Assembly: GCA_048500275.1 (NCBI GenBank)
Contig: JASNYI010000001.1
Coordinates: 484,341 to 548,340, forward strand
From: Thermoanaerobaculia bacterium
GTDB taxonomy: Bacteria > Acidobacteriota > Thermoanaerobaculia > UBA5066
DNA: 64,000 bases
Direction: 5' to 3'
In this document: positions 18,251 through 26,076 of the stretch, piece by piece
Position numbering within the stretch: the stretch's first letter is position 1
Layout: the number at the start of each line of letters is the position of its first letter
The notes under the pieces: model-generated
What the model saw: the letters and a program-made list of their open reading frames with translations, nothing else
Told to the model about the DNA's origin: nothing
Database searches by the model: none
Translations under genes and position numbers: made by a program

Positions 18251-18284
18251 GCGGGCCTCGCTCGGTACGGAGTGCGGGCGCGGC

Positions 18285-19904
18285 TCAGGCGAGCGGGCGC
18301 GGGCGGTAGTCGAAGGCGGAAGGGGGGACGGCGAGGCCGAACGTGCGCAGCTGCTGCGCGCGGGTCACCGCCGCGGCCCCTTCCACGAGGTTGCGTGCGA
18401 CCTGGACGGCGCTCCGGCTCGGGGGCTCCTCGAGGAAGCTCCCCCGTACCCACGAGTTGAACGCGCCCATCGCCGGGCCGCACCAGATCTGGTAGTCGTT
18501 CCGGCGGTCGTCCTGGCCGGCGATCGCCCAGCGGCTCGAGAGGCCGAGGTAGGAGCGGAAGACGAGCGCCATCCGGTGCTTCGGGTCGGCGTCGCCTCTC
18601 TCCGCCTGCCGGGGCTCCCGCTCGGCCCAGAAGGACCGCGTCGAGGCCCAGGCCTCCTCGAACGTCGCGCGAAGGAGCTCCCTCTCGACGCGCGCGCGCT
18701 CTTCGGCCGGGACGCTCTCGAACGAGGCGTTGTCGCGGTAGAGCTCGTAGAGCTTCCGCGCGCGGACGGCGAACATCGTCCCGCGCCGGAGCACCTGCAC
18801 GGTGACCCCCATCTCGAACATGTCGGCGGCGGGCGCCATGATCACGTCCGCCATCCCCGCTCTCGCGAGGAGGTCGCGTCCCGTCGCCGAGAGCCCGCTC
18901 TCGACGCAGGCCTGGTTCACCGAGCCCGTCACCACGTAGGCGGCGCCGAGGGCGAAGGCCGCCGCGACCGAGGAGGGCGTCCCCAGGCCGCCCGCCGCCC
19001 CGATGCGGACGGGGCGCGCGTAGCCTCGATCGGCGGCGATCCGATCCCTCAGGCCGAGGAGCGTCGGCAGGAGCGCCGTCAGCGGGCGGTTGTCGGTGTG
19101 CCCGCCCGAGTCCGCCTCGGCCGTGACGTCCTCGGCCAGCGGCAGCCGGGCCGCGAGACCCGCTTCGGCAGGCGTGAGCCGGCCGTTCTCGACGAGCGCG
19201 CGGAGGATCTCTCCCGGCGGGGGCTCGAGGAAGCGGACGGCGACCTCCTCGCGCGAGACCTTCGCGAAGAGGTGGTTGCGGCGCCGGATCCGCCCCGAGG
19301 GCTCCTCGACGAGCCCGCTCGCGGCGTAACGGACCACGGCCGGCGTGAGGGCCATGTAGGCGGAGGCCTCGACCCGCCGCACCCCGCGCTCGAGGTAGAG
19401 GCCCGCCACGGCCTCCTCGAGGGCCGGCTCGTGCGGGCTGTGAATCAGGTTCGCGCCCCAGGGGAGGCCCGCGGGGTCGAGCTCGCTCCGCAGCTCCTCG
19501 AGCGCGGATTCCACGCGCCCGAGGGAGAGCCCGGCGGCGCCGAAGAAACCGAGGAACCCGTTCCTCGCCATCTCGGTCACGAGGCGGACGGAGGCGATGC
19601 CGTTCGCCATCGACCCGGTCACGTAGGGGAAGCGGGTGCCGTGGGCCTCGCAGAACGAACGGTCGCCGAGCCACTCGGGGTAGAGCGGCGGGAGCGAGGC
19701 GAGCAGCGCCCAGGTCTCCCCGTGGCCGTTCCGGGAGGCATCCAGGACCTCCCCGCCGACGCCGAGCCCGAGCCGGCCGGCGGGGTCCCGCACCACGTGG
19801 CTCGTCGTCCGGACCTCGAGGACGGCCTCGCCGAGCTCGCCCGGGCTGAAGGCGGGAGCCTGTTCCGCCGGACGCCAGCGGTGCGGGAGGGAGTCAGCGG
19901 TCAT
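18285..19904 (-). CDS. pfa1: PfaD-type enoyl reductase (FMN-dependent, 2-nitropropane-dioxygenase-like)
   Basis: The translation carries conserved PfaD-family blocks (VTGSMANGIASVRLVTEMARNGFLGFFGAAG...; GGHTDNRPL; TGSVNQACVESG). The ORF track starts it at 19934, but codons 19905-19934 are AT-rich (atgccaaattttgag), unlike the rest of the gene. The ATG at 19904 (MTADSL...) is preferred. Confidence 0.8.
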   Translation of the reverse strand: MTADSLPHRWRPAEQAPAFSPGELGEAVLEVRTTSHVVRDPAGRLGLGVGGEVLDASRNGHGETWALLASLPPLYPEWLGDRSFCEAHGTRFPYVTGSMANGIASVRLVTEMARNGFLGFFGAAGLSLGRVESALEELRSELDPAGLPWGANLIHSPHEPALEEAVAGLYLERGVRRVEASAYMALTPAVVRYAASGLVEEPSGRIRRRNHLFAKVSREEVAVRFLEPPPGEILRALVENGRLTPAEAGLAARLPLAEDVTAEADSGGHTDNRPLTALLPTLLGLRDRIAADRGYARPVRIGAAGGLGTPSSVAAAFALGAAYVVTGSVNQACVESGLSATGRDLLARAGMADVIMAPAADMFEMGVTVQVLRRGTMFAVRARKLYELYRDNASFESVPAEERARVERELLRATFEEAWASTRSFWAEREPRQAERGDADPKHRMALVFRSYLGLSSRWAIAGQDDRRNDYQIWCGPAMGAFNSWVRGSFLEEPPSRSAVQVARNLVEGAAAVTRAQQLRTFGLAVPPSAFDYRPRPLA

Positions 19905-19924
19905 TCGATTTCGTCCGATCTCAA

Positions 19925-19965
19925 AATTTGGCACTGAGTGGCATTTTGCACTGAGTGGCGGTTAT
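19925..19965. promoter_or_regulatory. Candidate TetR operator / divergent promoter region: direct repeat of GCACTGAGTGGC with a 6-bp spacer
   Basis: The sequence tttGGCACTGAGTGGCattttGCACTGAGTGGCggttatatcc sits between the start of pfa1 (-) and the TetR gene (+). Each repeat contains the near-palindrome CACTGAGTG. The region is AT-rich and includes a TTATAT -10-like box. Confidence 0.4.
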
Positions 19966-19977
19966 ATCCTCGTGGAA

Positions 19978-20577
19978 ATGAAAAGGCCACCTCCCCTTCG
20001 AGAGAGGAAGAAGGAGGCCACGCGGCGAGCCCTCCTCGCCACGGCCAACCGGCTCTTTCACGCGAAAGGGTTCGAGGCGACGACGATCGACGAAATCTGC
20101 GAGGAGGTCGGCGTCAGCCGGCGGACGTTCTTCCGCTATTTCGCCAACAAGGAGGCGCTCGTCTTCCCGCACCGGAACGAACGGCTCGAGCACTTCCTGG
20201 GATACCTGCGAAGCGCCCCGCCGGACGAGAAGCCCCTCGAGACGCTCCGCCGCGCGGCGCGCGCCATCGCCCCCCTGTACATGGAGAACCGGGCCCAGCT
20301 CGTCGCGCAGCAGAAGCTGATCCACACCTCCGCGGCGCTGATGGCGCGGGAACGGGAGATCGACCGCGACTGGGAGGCGGCGATGTCGCGCGCGTTCCGC
20401 GAGCGCGCCGGCCCGGGCTACGCGTCCGAGCTGCGCGCCCGCGTCCTTGCGGGCGCGGCCATCGGGGTCATCCGGGCCACCATGCGCCACTGGTTCGCGA
20501 CGGACGGCAGGGACGACCTGGACCGGCTCGGGCGCGAGGCCCTCGACTGCCTCGAGCGCGGCTTCCCGCTCGAGTAG
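19978..20577 (+). CDS. TetR/AcrR family transcriptional regulator
   Basis: The N-terminal HTH region (ATTIDEICEEVGVSRRTFFRYFANKEAL) is typical of TetR. The gene is transcribed divergently from the pfa-like cluster. The ORF track starts it at GTG 19972, and the ATG at 19978 is in frame. Confidence 0.85.
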   Translation: MKRPPPLRERKKEATRRALLATANRLFHAKGFEATTIDEICEEVGVSRRTFFRYFANKEALVFPHRNERLEHFLGYLRSAPPDEKPLETLRRAARAIAPLYMENRAQLVAQQKLIHTSAALMAREREIDRDWEAAMSRAFRERAGPGYASELRARVLAGAAIGVIRATMRHWFATDGRDDLDRLGREALDCLERGFPLE

Positions 20578-20604
20578 ACCGCGCCTGGCCGCGCGGGCGG
20601 CGCC

Positions 20605-21102
20605 TCAGCCCCTGCCCGGCGGGTAGACTTTCTTGTACAGCGACCCGTCGTTGAAGTAGTGCATGCCGATCTCCGACGTCATGTCCCGGAGGGCCCCGCA
20701 CGTGATGGCGCCGGTGAGCCTCGCGATCTCGCGCAGCAGGTTGTCGCCCGCCGTGCCGCGGCCCACGTTGCACGAATTGAGCACCACCACTCCGACCGGC
20801 GCCATGAACTTCCGCAGCGAGAGCCAGAAGGACCGGACCCCCGGGTCGTGCACGATGAGACCCGTCGAGGAGGCGATGCTCGAGGGTCCGGGCGACTCGC
20901 CCGTCCCGCCGAACGACATCATTCCCTCCGACCCGTGTCCCATGATCTCGATGCGGCCCAGTGCGTCGTCTGGCCCCAGGCGCTGCGACACCTTCCCCAG
21001 GATCTCCTCCACCGTGAAGTAGCTCTCGCCGCCGCTGCACCGTGCCGTGAGCCTGGTGGGCCACCCCGAATCCGAGCAGTAGAACAGCATGACCTGGTTC
21101 AT
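20605..21102 (-). CDS. Hypothetical protein (about 165 aa) with a His-Gly...Cys arrangement
   Basis: The ORF is 20605..21111(-). Notable stretches are GRIEIMGHGSEGMMSFGG and VVVLNSCNVGRG. I recognise no confident family. The ATG at 21102 has a better-placed AGAAGGG Shine-Dalgarno than the GTG at 21111. Confidence 0.45.
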   Translation of the reverse strand: MNQVMLFYCSDSGWPTRLTARCSGGESYFTVEEILGKVSQRLGPDDALGRIEIMGHGSEGMMSFGGTGESPGPSSIASSTGLIVHDPGVRSFWLSLRKFMAPVGVVVLNSCNVGRGTAGDNLLREIARLTGAITCGALRDMTSEIGMHYFNDGSLYKKVYPPGRG

Positions 21103-21452
21103 CGCTGCCACCCTTCTCTCACGACCCGAAGGACGCGAGCCGCTGAAGCGAGCCTGACGACCACGGCGGCCGCTACGGCCGCCCGCGAGGGAACACGAGT
21201 GGATTCGTCGCCGCTTATACGGCCCGGCCCCGCGCGGTTCAACTGAAAATGCGTCGCAGCAGGCGCGCAGCCTTCCCTCGAAGGGTCACCGCCCCCGGTC
21301 GCGACGCGATCCTCGACGAACGCCGGGCGCTCCGGGAGGACTTGCCAGCGGAGACCTCGGCGGCAGCCTCCCGACTCGCCTCTGAGACCAGCGAAGCCGA
21401 TCCTTCAGTATGTAGCCAAGACCTGCCCCGCCCCTCCCGGGGGTCGGGGCCC

Positions 21453-24425
21453 TCAGAAGCTCAGCCGGGCGCCGACCTGGTAACGGCGGGGTTCGAGGAG
21501 GAGCCGGCTCTCCAGGTAGTTCGTGAACTCCGGGTGGTTGTGGGCCTCCTCGACGCGGATCGTCTCCTGGTCGTCGAGGACGTTCAGGACGTCGAGGAAG
21601 AGGTCGAGCGAGAGGCCCTTCCCGAGCCTCACAACCTGCCGCACCCGCAGGTCGAGCTGGTCGTACGAAGGGTGCCTCTCGTCCCCGGTCCGGGCGTAGC
21701 TCCCGCCCGCGGGCCGGTGGTTGTAGTAGATCGCGTGCGAAGCGGGCCGGAAGATCGTCGACTCGGTGAAGGCCGCGCCGCTGTTCCAGTGCCAGAGCCA
21801 GCCGAGCTCGGGCCCGATCGGCGACTGCCAGGAGCCGAAGACCTTGACCTGGTGCCGGATCGTCCCCGGCAGCGTTCCGTACATGTACGGCTGTCGCGGG
21901 TCGAGGTCGAGGAAGTCTCCCTGCAGGTCCGCCGCGCTGTTCGTGTTCGAGTTGCCCTTCGCGCGCCGGTACGAGTACTGGACCGCCCCTCCCCACGAGC
22001 CCCGGAAGCGCCGCTGCACGGAGAGGTCGAGGCCCCACGTCTCCCTCTTCCCGCCGACCAGGTTCCCGAGGAAGTAGTTCACGTCGGTGGGGCCGCCCGG
22101 GCCGTACCCGAACTGGCCGGGCGAAAGGACGAGGTCCCCCGCGACGGCCGGGTTGAAGTAGACGGCCGGGTCGTAGTCCTCGATCAGGTTCGAGTCGCGC
22201 CGGTACCACCCCTGGCCGAGGAAGCTCAGCGAGCGGCCGAGGTCCGCCGCGTACGCCAGCTGCAGCTCCGTCTCCTTCTCGTTCTCGAGGTTCGGCGCGA
22301 AGCCCGCGTCGCGGCGCACCACGGACGAGCCCCGGGTCCGGTAGGTGAACCAGTCGGAGCCGATGAAGACCTGGTCCCCGTAGATGCTTCCCGAGAGGTT
22401 CCCCGCGAACCGGATCATCGGCGTGAGGAGCGGGTCCGAGTACTCGCCGTACGCCAGGGAAAGCCGCTGCCTCCCGTCGCCCGCAGGGTCGAACGTGAGA
22501 CCCAGCCGCGGGTAGAACGCCGGGTCCATGGAGAGGATCGTCGAGCCGTCGGACGCGACGTAGGTGACCTGCTCGACGCGCACGCCGGCCGTGGCCGTGA
22601 AGCGCCCTTTCCGCCACTCGTCCTGGAGGTACAGGCTGAATCGCTCGGAGGCGACGTTGTTGACGCCGGCCAGGACGAGCTCGTTCCCGAGGAAGTTGAC
22701 CCCGCCGCCGTTGCCCGCCGTCGAGGAGAACCTCAGGGCTCCCAGCTCGGCCGCCGTGACGACGCCGTCCCCGTTCGTGTCGGCCGCGGCGAACGCCGCG
22801 GACCCCGGGTTCTCCTGCAGCGCGCGGAGGATGGCGTCGAACTCGCTCGCCGGAAGGAAGGAGAGGCCGCGCGCCTCGTCGAACGTGATCCCGAGAAGGT
22901 GCGGGGCGAGCGAGTTCAGCGTGCCGGGGAAGAGCGGCTTCGGCGCGTTCTCCTCCTCCCAGCGCGCGAACCCGACGCCCGCCTTCAGCTGGTGGCTCCC
23001 CTGTCCGCCGACGAGGAGCGACCCGGAGAGGTCCGCCTGCAGCTTGCGGTTCGTCTGCCGGCTTCCTCCGCCCGAGGAGCCGAGGTCCCTCTGCCACGCG
23101 GGAACGACGACCCCCGGCTCGAAGAGGAGGGTGTTGGTCGGTCCTTCCTCCGGGTACTGCGGAACGTCGCTCCGGACCTCGCGGAAGCCGCCGAGCCGGG
23201 CCTCGAGCGTCCCCGTCGCGCCCAGCATCCGGACGTAGCCGAGGCTGGCGAGGAGGCTCTCGTTGTCGCTCCGGCCGTACCGGTTCGGCGGGACGTTCAC
23301 GTCGCGGCTGTTGCGCGTGTCGAACGTCTCGCCGAAGACGGAGACGACCAGCGAGTCACGCTCGCTCGGCCGCCCGGTGACCTTCAGGAACGCGTTGCGG
23401 CGCTTGAGCCCGTACTCCGTCGTCATCGGCGTGGGCGTGGCGGACGGCGAGAGCTCGACGTCCTCGGAGGCGGAACGCTCCTGGCCCGAGACGAAGAACC
23501 AGAGGTTCTCCCGGAGGATCGGCCCGCCGAGCGTCAGCCCGGCGTCGTACCGGTCGTCCTCTACGATCGCGAGCCGCGGGTCGTCGGAGTCCACGCCCTC
23601 CACCATCCACGGCTCGCGGAGGAAGAGGCTCAGGGACCCCGAGAACGAGGCTCCCCCGGACTTCGTCACGACGTTGGCCACGAGCCCGGCGCCCCCCGGC
23701 AGCTCCGGCGGGACGCCCGACGTCACGACGCCCTCCTCGAGGATGATCTCGTTCGAGAAGGTGTAGTCCCCGGTCCCGCTGCCCATGCCGGTGATGTCGA
23801 AGCCGTCGAGGAGCCAGGTGTTGTCGCGGGAGCCGATCGCGGCGCCCCGGTCGTGGTAGTTGTTGCCGGCCTTCGAGGCCGGCTCGTAGCGCGTCTCGAG
23901 GCCGCCCGAGTTGGGAGAGACCGTCACGCCCGGGACGAGCTGGACGTAGGCCCGGTAGTCGCGCCCGACGGGGACGCGGTCGACCTCGCCGAGGGTCACC
24001 GTCGCCGCTGTGATCGCCCCGGACGGAACGGCCGCGGACGTCTCCACGACGTCGACCCGTTCCTCCACTCGCAGCGTGGCGACGTCCTCGAGCCGGACCT
24101 CGGTGCCCTGGGAAAGGGAAGCGGAGTACCGGCTCTCCGAGCCGTCCGGCCGCATCACCCTCACCGTGAAGGCCCCCGGCGGCAGCGGCCCGAGCACGGC
24201 CACGCCCGAGGCGCCCGTCACGCTCGAGGCCTTGCCCGGCATCGACGGCGCGGACGCCTCGACCCGAACGCCCGGGACCGGGTTTCCCCCGGCGTCCAGA
24301 CTCCGTACGACGATCGACCCGGTGCCGGCGGCCAGGACGGCCGAAGACCACAAGAGCGCCGCGCCGAGGGAGAACCACGCACACAACCCGCGACGGGCCA
24401 CCGGACTCCGCTGCCTATCCGTCAC
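21453..24425 (-). CDS. TonB-dependent-receptor-like outer-membrane protein with carboxypeptidase-regulatory-like N-terminal domain
   Basis: The 990-aa protein has a GTG start, a signal peptide, and an N-terminal region of the type seen in CarboxypepD_reg-TonB receptors (SIVVRSLDAGGNPVPGVRVEA...GAFTVRV). A long beta-rich body ends in a C-terminal aromatic residue (...YQVGARLSF). Confidence 0.75.
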   Translation of the reverse strand: MTDRQRSPVARRGLCAWFSLGAALLWSSAVLAAGTGSIVVRSLDAGGNPVPGVRVEASAPSMPGKASSVTGASGVAVLGPLPPGAFTVRVMRPDGSESRYSASLSQGTEVRLEDVATLRVEERVDVVETSAAVPSGAITAATVTLGEVDRVPVGRDYRAYVQLVPGVTVSPNSGGLETRYEPASKAGNNYHDRGAAIGSRDNTWLLDGFDITGMGSGTGDYTFSNEIILEEGVVTSGVPPELPGGAGLVANVVTKSGGASFSGSLSLFLREPWMVEGVDSDDPRLAIVEDDRYDAGLTLGGPILRENLWFFVSGQERSASEDVELSPSATPTPMTTEYGLKRRNAFLKVTGRPSERDSLVVSVFGETFDTRNSRDVNVPPNRYGRSDNESLLASLGYVRMLGATGTLEARLGGFREVRSDVPQYPEEGPTNTLLFEPGVVVPAWQRDLGSSGGGSRQTNRKLQADLSGSLLVGGQGSHQLKAGVGFARWEEENAPKPLFPGTLNSLAPHLLGITFDEARGLSFLPASEFDAILRALQENPGSAAFAAADTNGDGVVTAAELGALRFSSTAGNGGGVNFLGNELVLAGVNNVASERFSLYLQDEWRKGRFTATAGVRVEQVTYVASDGSTILSMDPAFYPRLGLTFDPAGDGRQRLSLAYGEYSDPLLTPMIRFAGNLSGSIYGDQVFIGSDWFTYRTRGSSVVRRDAGFAPNLENEKETELQLAYAADLGRSLSFLGQGWYRRDSNLIEDYDPAVYFNPAVAGDLVLSPGQFGYGPGGPTDVNYFLGNLVGGKRETWGLDLSVQRRFRGSWGGAVQYSYRRAKGNSNTNSAADLQGDFLDLDPRQPYMYGTLPGTIRHQVKVFGSWQSPIGPELGWLWHWNSGAAFTESTIFRPASHAIYYNHRPAGGSYARTGDERHPSYDQLDLRVRQVVRLGKGLSLDLFLDVLNVLDDQETIRVEEAHNHPEFTNYLESRLLLEPRRYQVGARLSF

Positions 24426-24499
24426 TCTTCCCCCGATTCCCCCGATCCGCCGCCGGGAGCTGCACCCTCATTCTACCGGGAACCCCGGGGAAAGGGACC

Positions 24500-24527
24500 G
24501 GGGTCAGGTCTTGATTTTCTATTATAG
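24500..24527 (+). repeat. AT-rich 28-bp intergenic repeat, copy 2 (GGGGTCAGGTCTTGATTTTCTATTATAG)
   Basis: It is near-identical to copy 1. It lies between the TonB-receptor-like gene start (24425) and the dmsC-like gene stop (24564). Confidence 0.8.
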
Positions 24528-24563
24528 AACGGCGTTCCGCTCCGCGCGCCCCGAGGCTTCGAC

Positions 24564-25454
24564 TCACACGCCGATGCGGTAGTACGAGGCGTAGAACGAC
24601 AACCGGTCGATCGATTCGGCGACGACGAAGCCGGCGAGCGCGATCCAGGCGAGGACGGCCCGCCAGCGTCCCTCCGGCCTCGCACGCAGGGAGAGGATCA
24701 TCGCCAGGAGGCCCACGGCCGCGGCGCCCCACGCGAGGGCCGCGAGCCGCGGCGCGGGGAGCGGACCGGGAAATGCGACCGGCTCGGCGGTCGTCGCGGG
24801 CGTAAGGAGCAGCGCGGCCAGGAGCTTGACGGCGAGCGCCGCCCCCACCGCGCCGGGCAGGATCCCGTCGCGCCACCTCGACCATGCGCCGTCGACGTCC
24901 CGGGACGACGGGCCGGCCCCGACCGCGTAAGCGCCCGCGACGCCGAGGAGCACCGTGCTCACCGCGAAGGCCAGCGGCGTGCGCGGGCCGCTCCAGGCCG
25001 GCACCGTCGGCAGCAGGTAGACGCCCGCCATCGCGGCCACCAGAAGCACTCCGGAGAGCGCCGCGGGAACGAGGACGAGGGCCAGGGTGCGCGGCCGCGC
25101 GTGCGCCCGGGAGGCGACCACCGCCGCCCCGGCCACGAGGCCGAGGAACGCGACGGCGAGGACGACCTCGCGGCTCAGCCACGAGGCGCGCCAGTGGCGG
25201 GCTGCGTGAAACGCGCGGCCGGGATCGCCGAGGTGGAGGAACGACACGACGAGCGCGGTGCCCATCGCCGCGAGCGCCACGAGAAGCGCGTGGCGGAACG
25301 CACGCGGCGGTTTCGTTCCCACGCCGGTACCGCCGGGGGCAGCGGCCGTCCCGGGCCTTCGGAGAACCGCCAGCACGGAGAGGGCGAGCGTCATCCCCAC
25401 CGCCGCCTGGGCGAGGAGCGTGAAGGCGGCCAGGGGCCACTCGCCGCTACCCAC
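24564..25454 (-). CDS. DmsC-like membrane anchor subunit of a molybdopterin oxidoreductase
   Basis: The 296-aa polytopic membrane protein has about 8 hydrophobic helices. Its start overlaps the stop of the upstream ferredoxin subunit by 8 nt. The gene order anchor/FeS/Mo-subunit matches the DmsABC type. Confidence 0.65.
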   Translation of the reverse strand: MGSGEWPLAAFTLLAQAAVGMTLALSVLAVLRRPGTAAAPGGTGVGTKPPRAFRHALLVALAAMGTALVVSFLHLGDPGRAFHAARHWRASWLSREVVLAVAFLGLVAGAAVVASRAHARPRTLALVLVPAALSGVLLVAAMAGVYLLPTVPAWSGPRTPLAFAVSTVLLGVAGAYAVGAGPSSRDVDGAWSRWRDGILPGAVGAALAVKLLAALLLTPATTAEPVAFPGPLPAPRLAALAWGAAAVGLLAMILSLRARPEGRWRAVLAWIALAGFVVAESIDRLSFYASYYRIGV

Positions 25455-26076
25455 GCCGCACCTCCTCGCGGTTGATCACCTTCCACTCGACCGTTGCGCT
25501 GGCGTCGGCGTGGGCGCGCACCACGAGCGCGGGCCGGGTATGGGCTGCCGAAGGGAGCGGAAAGACGACCGCCCCCGGCCCGTGGCGCGCGGTGAGATCG
25601 GCCAGGTCGCCCACCTCGAGGACGCGCATCGGGCAGGCCGACACGCAGGCCGGCGGCTCCCCCGCGGCCAGCTCCTCGGCGCAGAGAGTGCACTTCCCCA
25701 TCCGGCCGGTCGCGGGGTCGAGCTGCGGCGCGCCGTAGGGGCAGGCCCACTCGCAGTAGCGGCAACCCATGCACCGGTCGTCGTCGATGAGGACGAGACC
25801 GTCGGCGCTCTTCGTGATGGCGCCGGCCGGGCACTGCGTGAGGCAGACCGGCTCCTCGCAGTGGTTGCAGGCGAGGGAGAGGTGATAGGAGCGAACGCCG
25901 GAAACCCACGCCGCGCCCTCGCGCCGCCAGGTGCCGCCCGCCACCTCGTAGACGCGCCGCCAGCGGACTCCCGGCCCCAGGTCGTTGCGGTCCTTGCAGG
26001 CCACCTGGCAGGCCTTGCAGCCGGAGCAGCGGCTCGAGTCGACGAAGAAGGCCCACTGGCGCGTCTTCGCCGTCAC
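25447..26076 (-). CDS. 4Fe-4S ferredoxin-type electron-transfer subunit (DmsB-like)
   Basis: The 209-aa protein has four Cys clusters (CSGCKACQVAC; CNHCEEPVC; CMGCRYCEWACP; CTLCAE...CVSACP). Its start overlaps the Mo-subunit stop (ATGA). Confidence 0.85.
   Translation of the reverse strand: MTAKTRQWAFFVDSSRCSGCKACQVACKDRNDLGPGVRWRRVYEVAGGTWRREGAAWVSGVRSYHLSLACNHCEEPVCLTQCPAGAITKSADGLVLIDDDRCMGCRYCEWACPYGAPQLDPATGRMGKCTLCAEELAAGEPPACVSACPMRVLEVGDLADLTARHGPGAVVFPLPSAAHTRPALVVRAHADASATVEWKVINREEVRRG

Noticed and set aside
531-18460. Many very long ORFs on the strand opposite the peptidase and pfa genes (e.g. 531..3272+, 3128..5992+, 5058..8660-, 6380..9061+, 8667..13739-, 9194..12283+, 12335..18460+, 15150..18005-).
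   Set aside because: Their translations are low-complexity R/G/P/A-rich strings with no recognisable domains. They are antisense to, or frame-shifted over, genes with unambiguous domain content. Open antisense frames are expected at roughly 70% GC.
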